From assembly GCA_963771885.1 (NCBI GenBank), contig CAVYVF010000012.1, forward strand, positions 1 through 14,827: 14,827 bases of DNA. The letters are read 5' to 3'. Both the position numbers and the translations under genes were made by a program. Under the pieces are notes generated by a model. That model saw only the letters and a list, made by a program, of their open reading frames with translations. It did no database searches and was not told where the DNA came from. Source of the stretch: Candidatus Bathyarchaeota archaeon. GTDB lineage: Archaea > Thermoproteota > Bathyarchaeia > TCS64. This document shows, piece by piece, positions 8,962 to 14,827 of this stretch (its first letter is position 1; every line of letters starts with the position of its first letter).

Positions 8962-9249
8962 CTACTGGGATATGATCATTGTTTTAGCGTATTCGATAAA
9001 CTCGGGGTCGATGTGGTATAACTCCATCGCGACTTTTCCGAATTCGTCAAGTGAGAGATCAGTTTCGACCCCAATGACGATCTGCTCAACCGTATAGTAT
9101 GGGCTTCCCCATGCAACGATCTTCATCTTGTGCTTGCTGAGAATCTCCTTTGCTTTCGATGCCCAACCTTGGAAGTACTTGTTGTCGGTTAGATTCTTCT
9201 TGAAGGCGCCTTCTGTCATCTTTACAAACCATAGATATACAAACTTCAT
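8962..9249 (-). CDS. Small hypothetical alpha/beta protein, WGxPY family (paralogue of 5424-5681)
   Basis: 95 aa; KIVAWGSPYYTVEQIVIGVETDLSLDEF; GAGGGTGG ribosome site. Confidence 0.85.
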   Translation of the reverse strand: MKFVYLWFVKMTEGAFKKNLTDNKYFQGWASKAKEILSKHKMKIVAWGSPYYTVEQIVIGVETDLSLDEFGKVAMELYHIDPEFIEYAKTMIISQ

Positions 9250-9306
9250 GCGGTTCCACCCTCTTAGGGTGGTATGATTTCGCTCCTCTTTCCTAAATCA
9301 AATGTA

Positions 9307-9324
9307 TGTATACAAGTGTAAACA
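9307..9324. promoter_or_regulatory. Operator-like motif, copy 4
   Basis: TGTATACA-AG-TGTAAACA, 57 nt upstream of the minus-strand ATG at 9249. Confidence 0.75.
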
Positions 9325-9430
9325 TTAGCGCGCTTCCCCATACCAAAAAACAGATGTGGATCGAGGGCAGCAAACAGTGAGCAAGCACCCCAAGGAGAGT
9401 GTGCGCAGAAAGACCATTTGACTTGTGCAG

Positions 9431-10573
9431 TCAAAAAGCGGCTCTGTATAGGCTGGACATAGTCTCCTCGCTGCAGGTCCTCGGGTTTCTCGGGTGGCAG
9501 TGGTCGAGCATCGCGTTCCTCGCCATTATGGCTATATCTTCCTCGGTCACGCCCCATTTGGACAGCCTAGGTTCAACCCCTAGGCTCCTGAGCAGTTCCT
9601 CCAATTGGATTGGTGCTTCGCTTGGCTTGGCTTCGCCGCCCAGTGTATCGGCGACCTCGGCGTACTTTGGCAGTGTCTTCTCCTCGGCGAGGTTGAAGCG
9701 GATGGCGTGTGGCATCATTATCCCGCACGCGGCGCCGTGGGGGATCCCTCTCTGGCTGCTGAGTTGGTGTGCTAGGCTGTGGACGACTCCGAGGCCCTTC
9801 ATGAATGCGAGGAATCCCATCGTGGAGGCCATCATCATGTTTGACCTCGCCTCCCTGTCGGCGCCGTCGCGGTATGCTACGAGTAGGCTCTTGGCGACCA
9901 GCCTCATGCCCTCCCTCGCGAATGCGTCGCATATCGGTGCGTAGGCGTCGACGGTGAATGCCTCGAGGTTGTGGCTGAGGGCGTCCAGGCCTGTGTAGGC
10001 GGTGAGCTTCGGTGGCATGCCGACGGTCAGGCTGGGGTCGAGTATTACTGTCTTGGGGAGGAGGAGTGGGCTGCTGACGGCCCTCTTCCTGTTTGAGGCG
10101 TCGGTGATTATTGCGCCTCGAGAGGACTCGCTTCCCGTTCCCGATGTGGTCGGGATGGCTATGAAGGGGGGCATCTTGGCGGTGAGCATTTTCCTACCGG
10201 GGGCGCCGACGTAGTATTGCTCGAGTTTGCCGGGGTGGCTGGTCAGGGTGAGTATTGCCTTCGCCGCGTCCATTGGGCTTCCCCCACCCAGCGCGATTAT
10301 GGAGTCGCATGCCTCGCCCCGGTAGAGTTTTAGGCCATTCTCCACGTCTTCCTCCGTCGGGTTCGGGTGGACCCCAGTGTAGACGGAGTGATTGATGTTT
10401 CCCTGTTGCAGGGTATTCTGTATCTGCTTGAGGATTCCAGTCCTATTTAGTCCCTCATCTGTCACGATGAGTGGATGGTTGGCGTCAGCCATTTTTGTGT
10501 GGTCTGCTAGCTTCTCGGCTTCTCCCCATCCGAAGCATATGGTTGCGGGGAAGTTGTATGTGATGCTGCTCAT
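9431..10573 (-). CDS. Iron-containing (group III) alcohol dehydrogenase
   Basis: Motifs GGGSPMD, PTTSGTGSE, DALSH, HSLAH, HG. Start set at ATG 10573 (MSSITYNFPATI) because the upstream extension overlaps a TATA-like palindrome. Substrate unknown. Confidence 0.95.
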   Translation of the reverse strand: MSSITYNFPATICFGWGEAEKLADHTKMADANHPLIVTDEGLNRTGILKQIQNTLQQGNINHSVYTGVHPNPTEEDVENGLKLYRGEACDSIIALGGGSPMDAAKAILTLTSHPGKLEQYYVGAPGRKMLTAKMPPFIAIPTTSGTGSESSRGAIITDASNRKRAVSSPLLLPKTVILDPSLTVGMPPKLTAYTGLDALSHNLEAFTVDAYAPICDAFAREGMRLVAKSLLVAYRDGADREARSNMMMASTMGFLAFMKGLGVVHSLAHQLSSQRGIPHGAACGIMMPHAIRFNLAEEKTLPKYAEVADTLGGEAKPSEAPIQLEELLRSLGVEPRLSKWGVTEEDIAIMARNAMLDHCHPRNPRTCSEETMSSLYRAAF

Positions 10574-10586
10574 GGAGAGTTGTTGG

Positions 10587-10604
10587 GTTATGTCATGATA
10601 TAAC
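10587..10604. promoter_or_regulatory. Palindromic operator/TATA region of the Fe-ADH gene
   Basis: GTTATGTCATGATATAAC has one mismatched pair. It contains TTATAT on the minus strand ~25-30 nt before the ATG. Confidence 0.55.
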
Positions 10605-10749
10605 AACTGCGAAAATGGGTGGTTAAAGCCACGATGTAGGCTTTGAACTCGTAATAGACGAAGCCCTTACGCGTGTATGGAGGCACACCTATTCTCGGCG
10701 TGGTCAGCATTCGTATCCTGTTCCCAGTTATGAGGCGAATGCGCGCGTA

Positions 10750-11133
10750 TCAGGGGTTAACTTGCACAACGAGACCTTTTTCCCTAGCCTCCTTCACATA
10801 GTCTTGGTAGCTAAGCACCCTATCGCCGAACCCATTCGACGCCTCAGCCTCAACAACGACCCTGCTCTTGACCACCTTGCACGGCCTTGCCCCGAGCTTC
10901 TTCACAAGCCGGAATGCCTCGGCCTGACTGACCTTCGCATCTACACACAGGTTCTTTACAAGGAAGCGTGTTGCATCACGCCAAACCGAGTATAGGGTCA
11001 CCCTATAATTTGCCTCACTCAACTTGCTGAAACGAATCAGGTTGCTTCCAATCCCCCGAACCCAGAGATGCTCACCCAAGCCGAGTAGAGTTATGGCGTT
11101 CCTTGTTTCCTGAAGGCCTTCAATTTTAATCAA
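10750..11133 (-). CDS. Hypothetical protein
   Basis: 127 aa ORF with plausible composition, TTG start; no family recognised. Confidence 0.6.
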   Translation of the reverse strand: MIKIEGLQETRNAITLLGLGEHLWVRGIGSNLIRFSKLSEANYRVTLYSVWRDATRFLVKNLCVDAKVSQAEAFRLVKKLGARPCKVVKSRVVVEAEASNGFGDRVLSYQDYVKEAREKGLVVQVNP

Positions 11134-11549
11134 TGTAATCGCCCTGAATCGTTTCCCATGCGTGGTGATGAATCAACATCATCGAACCCTATTATCCTTC
11201 TCAAGAGGAGAAGGTGTTTTATTCCTCCGATCTCCAATTTTTCAGCCCATCTCCCCTACTTACTGCTGAACTAAGGCGCCATTCATGGCAATGGCAACCT
11301 AAATCAGTTAACTTATCTAGAAGTCTTGCTACCCGATTGACATAACAAGTAAAATCGCTGGAGCTGTGGATGGTTCCTCTAGGGGTGTGTGAATGCTTTA
11401 TTTTGGGATGTGCACGCCATCACTCGCTCTAATCTTATTTGGGAAAAAGCTGTTGAAGTGAATGCGCACGGTCTTTCCGAATCCCCGACAGCTGCGCACA
11501 CAATAGATAAAATAAGCTCGGTTCAAAACAGTAAATAAGGGAGATTCAA

Positions 11550-11996
11550 ATGAAGCCAACAAAAGAAGCCGAGTCAGAAATACAAATGGTATTAGACGAG
11601 GTAGCTGAAGCATTTGAGGATAGAAACCTCCACAAGATGATGTCCCTCTTCTCAACCAGCGACGAAACGGTAGCCATCGGAACTGGCGCTGACGAGAAAA
11701 AAATAGGTGTAGAAGAGATCAAGTCGCTCTTCAAACGTGACTGGGCTCAATCGGAGGCAAGCTCAATAGTCTATAACTGGAAATCAATCACAGTCGAGGA
11801 CCAGATAGCTTGGGCAACCGCCGAAGCTACCTTCTACGCGAGAATAGGGACAAGGGAGATGCACATACCCACCAGGATGACTGTCGTGATGAAGAAGGTC
11901 AACGGTAAATGGGTGATAGTTCACTGGCATTCATCGATTCCCGCAGCGGGGCAGCAGCAGGGAGAAGCCTGGCCGCAAAACTACCCAGTAGCATAG
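11550..11996 (+). CDS. SnoaL-like / NTF2-family protein
   Basis: 148 aa; AIGTGADEKKIG..AWATAE..TRMTVVMKKVNGKWVIVHWHSSIPA; GGGAG ribosome site. Confidence 0.9.
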   Translation: MKPTKEAESEIQMVLDEVAEAFEDRNLHKMMSLFSTSDETVAIGTGADEKKIGVEEIKSLFKRDWAQSEASSIVYNWKSITVEDQIAWATAEATFYARIGTREMHIPTRMTVVMKKVNGKWVIVHWHSSIPAAGQQQGEAWPQNYPVA

Positions 11997-12890
11997 AAAA
12001 CTCAATAATAAAGCACGCCTCGCACGCAATCAAAGAATCGATAGGCGAGACTCGCCACACGTACGCGATCACTGATCTACTCTTTTTCTACAACTGCGCG
12101 CAACTTACCCCCTAAAACATGTGGTGTAACCAACCGGCAACGCCTCAATCCCTATTCAAATTTCAGAACATTTGTTCGCTAAACCAGGTTAATAGCACCC
12201 CGTCACCAGTGTCCGCCTATGCAGAAGCCAGAAAGCCAATACCTAGCAGATCCCGCTTTCCCTTCAAAGCTACAACAAGGCCATCCGCTCCCAGTTAAAA
12301 TCAGAAGACCTCCGAATGATCTCGCTGTTCGGACTAACATACTACATGTCGCTGTTCTCCTCCGAGTAGCCGAAGATTTTCAGTGCCCTAGACTTGATGG
12401 CGAACGCTGTCAAGATCAGCGCGCGCATGCATTTGATCGGCTTATAGAGCCCCTGTTTTCGGAGGGAATGTTGGAGAGTGTTAGGATCTATGAGAATATT
12501 TAGAAGAAATACAAAATAGGGTGACTGGGAAGGGAAGTCAGTTCTGCGATTTTCTTGTTCTTGGTCTATATTATGCAGCCGACATGAACTTGTAAATTGA
12601 ATGTTGAACAAATGCATAGATAGTTGGTCAACCATGTTAAGAAACTCGTCCTCCTAATTTCTCGCACATATATCCGAGGGACGACTCTTCTAGGCAAGAC
12701 TACCACAGGGACGTTTATGGGTTCAAAGGTACATCGGAGACAAGTTCAAAATACTAATGAGTATTGGGGTCTTTCGACCCCGTTGCAGGTGTCGTAATTC
12801 GGGAGTATGGATCTTACGACAAAACTAGGGTCGGCAATTATAGGTATACGGTTTATGGATTTGTAATATCAATTTCTGATGCGTGGAGCA

Positions 12891-12910
12891 ATTATCGATC
12901 GATTGATAAT
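12891..12910. promoter_or_regulatory. Imperfect palindrome upstream of the wHTH-GT4 operon (right copy)
   Basis: ATTATCGATCGATTGATAAT followed by CTTTTAG. Confidence 0.6.
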
Positions 12911-12977
12911 CTTTTAGCTACCATACTCGCTCGCCAACAGCATCCCGCGTCCATAACATAAATATCCCAATCAAAAG

Positions 12978-13241
12978 ATGATCCATAAGATGAGCAGAGG
13001 CGAGCACACACCCCACCAGAAGCTACTTGTGTTCCTACACAACGTCGGCGCCGTAGTCGGAAAACCCGGAAAATCCCTCGACGAGCTAGTAAAAATCACC
13101 GAGATGAACAGGGAGGAACTTGAGAATATAATCGAGAGCCAGCTCGCCTCAGGCTACCTCGAATACACCGAGAAATCCGGGACCAACTACTACAACCTCA
13201 CCGGCAGAGGCATCATCCGCGTATCCTCACTCTATACATAA
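12978..13241 (+). CDS. Small winged-helix-like protein
   Basis: 87 aa; KSLDELVKITEMNREELENIIESQLASGYL..YYNLTGRG matches a helix-turn-helix + wing pattern. Confidence 0.8.
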   Translation: MIHKMSRGEHTPHQKLLVFLHNVGAVVGKPGKSLDELVKITEMNREELENIIESQLASGYLEYTEKSGTNYYNLTGRGIIRVSSLYT

Positions 13242-13255
13242 TGGAATCGCTAGCC

Positions 13256-13881
13256 ATGTTTACCCCAGTGATACTGACGTGGGAGTACCCCCCAAACATC
13301 GTCGGCGACCTATCCCACTACGTAGAAGCTTTAGCCACAGGGCTTAACAATGCGAAGGCCCCTGTTCGAGTCGTCACATGCCATGACTCCGGGTTCCTTC
13401 ACGAAAAGAAGGGGGAACTGCTAGACATATATTGGGCATCCAACCCCGTCAAGTCACAGATCTCGGTGTTGACGTGGTGCCTCTCATTCAACGCGGAGAT
13501 GGAGAGGATTGTCTCCGACATATACTACGAGAAACCGGACACCGGCTACGTGCTAGACGTTCAGGATTGGCACTTCGTCCCAGCCGGCGTCAGCCTCAAG
13601 AGAGCCCACGGACTCCCATTCGTCTTCACCCTTCACAGCCTAGAGGAGCAGCGCTCACCCGGCTCAACCTACGCGCTCAGCTCCTGCATCAGGGGACTAG
13701 AGGCGATGGGGATTCTCGAATCCGACTCATCGTCGTTAAAAACGAGCAGATGAGGAGGCTGGTCATCGAAGGCTACAACACACCCGAGGAGAAGGTCGTG
13801 GCCATTCCATCGGGAAAACCAGATGAGATCAAGAAGACGCTGGACTGCTACGCGTCAGCCGCTCAAGGGAGGTGTGTATAG
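13256..13881 (+). CDS. Stand-alone GT4 N-terminal-domain protein, right copy (one frameshift near 13725)
   Basis: ORF 13241-13753 joined to the end of ORF 13432-13881; the left copy reads through this point (GILELDLIVVKNEQ). ATG 13256 preferred because ATG 13241 is ACG in the left copy. Confidence 0.85.
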
Positions 13882-13892
13882 CACTGCGTAAC

Positions 13893-14827
13893 GTGAGGGT
13901 AATGATGCTGTCGTGGGAGTACCCACCTAGAGTAGTCGGCGGCATCGCACCCCACGTTTACGAGCTATCACGCGCACTCGTGAAGAAAGGCGTCGAGGTA
14001 CACGTAGCTACCTGCGACTTCCCCGGTGCTAATGCAATGAGGACGTCGACGGTGTAAAGGTACACCGCATAGACTCCTACGGGTACCCCACACCCGACTT
14101 CGCCTCCTGGGTATCGATGATGAACGTGAACCTCAAGAATGAAGCATCCTCCCTAATCCCCAGACACAACATCAACCTGATACACGCTCACGATTGGCTC
14201 GTCGCAAGCGCCTCAATCGGCGTAAAGCATATGTTCCGAATACCCCTCGTAGCGACCATACACTCCACGGAGCACGGCAGGAGAACGGAATCCATAACGA
14301 GTACCAGAGAATGATAAGCTCCACAGAGTCCTGGCTGATTAGGGAAGCTTGGAGGGTAATATGCTGTAGCAAGTATATGACCAAAGAGATCACCTCAGCC
14401 TTCAAAACCTCAGACTACAGGCTCGACGTGGTCCCCAACGGAATAGACCTCAAACCATTCAAGGCACCGACCAACCTAATGGAGAGCAGAGGCAAGTTCG
14501 CTGCACCCGAAGAGAAACTCGTGCTATACGTCGGTAGACTCGTCCAGGAGAAGGGAGTCCCAGAACCTTATCGAGGCTACCCGGGACAGGCGGGACCTAA
14601 ACATGAAACTCATCGTGGTCGGCGAAGGATATCTCAAAGAGGAACTAATCCGTCGCGTCAACGAACTCGCCCTGGCCAAAGGGTATACGTGACTGGCTTC
14701 CTAGAAACTGAGACCATCAGAGGACTATTCAGAACAGCAGACGCCTGCGTCATACCGAGCCTCTACGAGCCATTCGGCATAGTAGCCCTGGAAGCAATGG
14801 CCGCAGGCGCCCCCATAGTGACCTCCG
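13893..14827 (+). CDS. GT4 glycosyltransferase, right copy, frameshifted and truncated by window end
   Basis: MRVMMLSWEYPPRVVGGIAPHV, HAHDWLV, TIHSTEHGR, YVGRLVQEKG, PSLYEPFGIVALEAMAAGAP. Confidence 0.9.

Larger units (their letters stand above)
12758..14827 (+). repeat. Right arm of the inverted duplication (truncated by window end)
   Basis: Co-linear with the reverse complement of 839-2916. Confidence 0.97.

Noticed and set aside
5340..9324. The four 18-bp motifs as CRISPR repeats or integron attC sites
   Set aside because: Spacing is irregular (kb scale), orientation is mixed, all copies sit upstream of genes, and no cas or integrase gene is present.
9264..10598. ORFs 9264-9557, 9399-9944, 9573-9932, 10002-10214, 10392-10598
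   Set aside because: Shadows of the GC-rich ADH gene.
11196..11214. Hairpin CCTTCTC-AAGAG-GAGAAGG
   Set aside because: Isolated 7-bp stem with no second copy or supporting context.
12170..12635. ORFs 12219-12503 (+), 12342-12635 (-) and a hydrophobic minus-strand fragment
   Set aside because: No family signal; a decayed membrane-protein gene is possible but cannot be supported by eye.
839..14827. Arms as transposon/virus terminal inverted repeats or as a simple fold-back artefact
   Set aside because: The arms hold metabolic genes and differ at synonymous sites. No transposase, integrase or viral gene is present, and the 9.8 kb centre is unique.

Overview
Archaeal-looking window (oligo-T terminators, GGTG(A) ribosome sites, TATA-like boxes; Bathyarchaeia is my unverified guess). 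A unique ~9.8 kb accessory core (2917-12757) is flanked by two arms of a >=2.07 kb inverted duplication (839-2916 and 12758-14827, running off the window). Each arm carries a small wHTH-like gene followed by GT4 glycosyltransferase genes. In the stretches aligned by hand the arms differ mostly at synonymous sites, so they are two diverged functional alleles; their frameshifts look like unpolished long-read errors. The core encodes a PIN-domain remnant, a stand-alone PAS protein, a FISUMP-domain membrane protein, two Zn-ribbon proteins, an MFS transporter, an Fe-dependent alcohol dehydrogenase, a SnoaL/NTF2 protein and three small alpha/beta proteins (two WGxPY paralogues and one DUF3303-like). 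The best new signals are: (i) an 18-bp operator TGTATACA-N2-TGTAAACA found four times, upstream of the three small proteins and the MFS gene; (ii) GCGCGC tracts almost confined to intergenic DNA; (iii) a candidate structured ncRNA at ~3970-4060; (iv) hairpins and palindromes at the inner boundary of the duplication.
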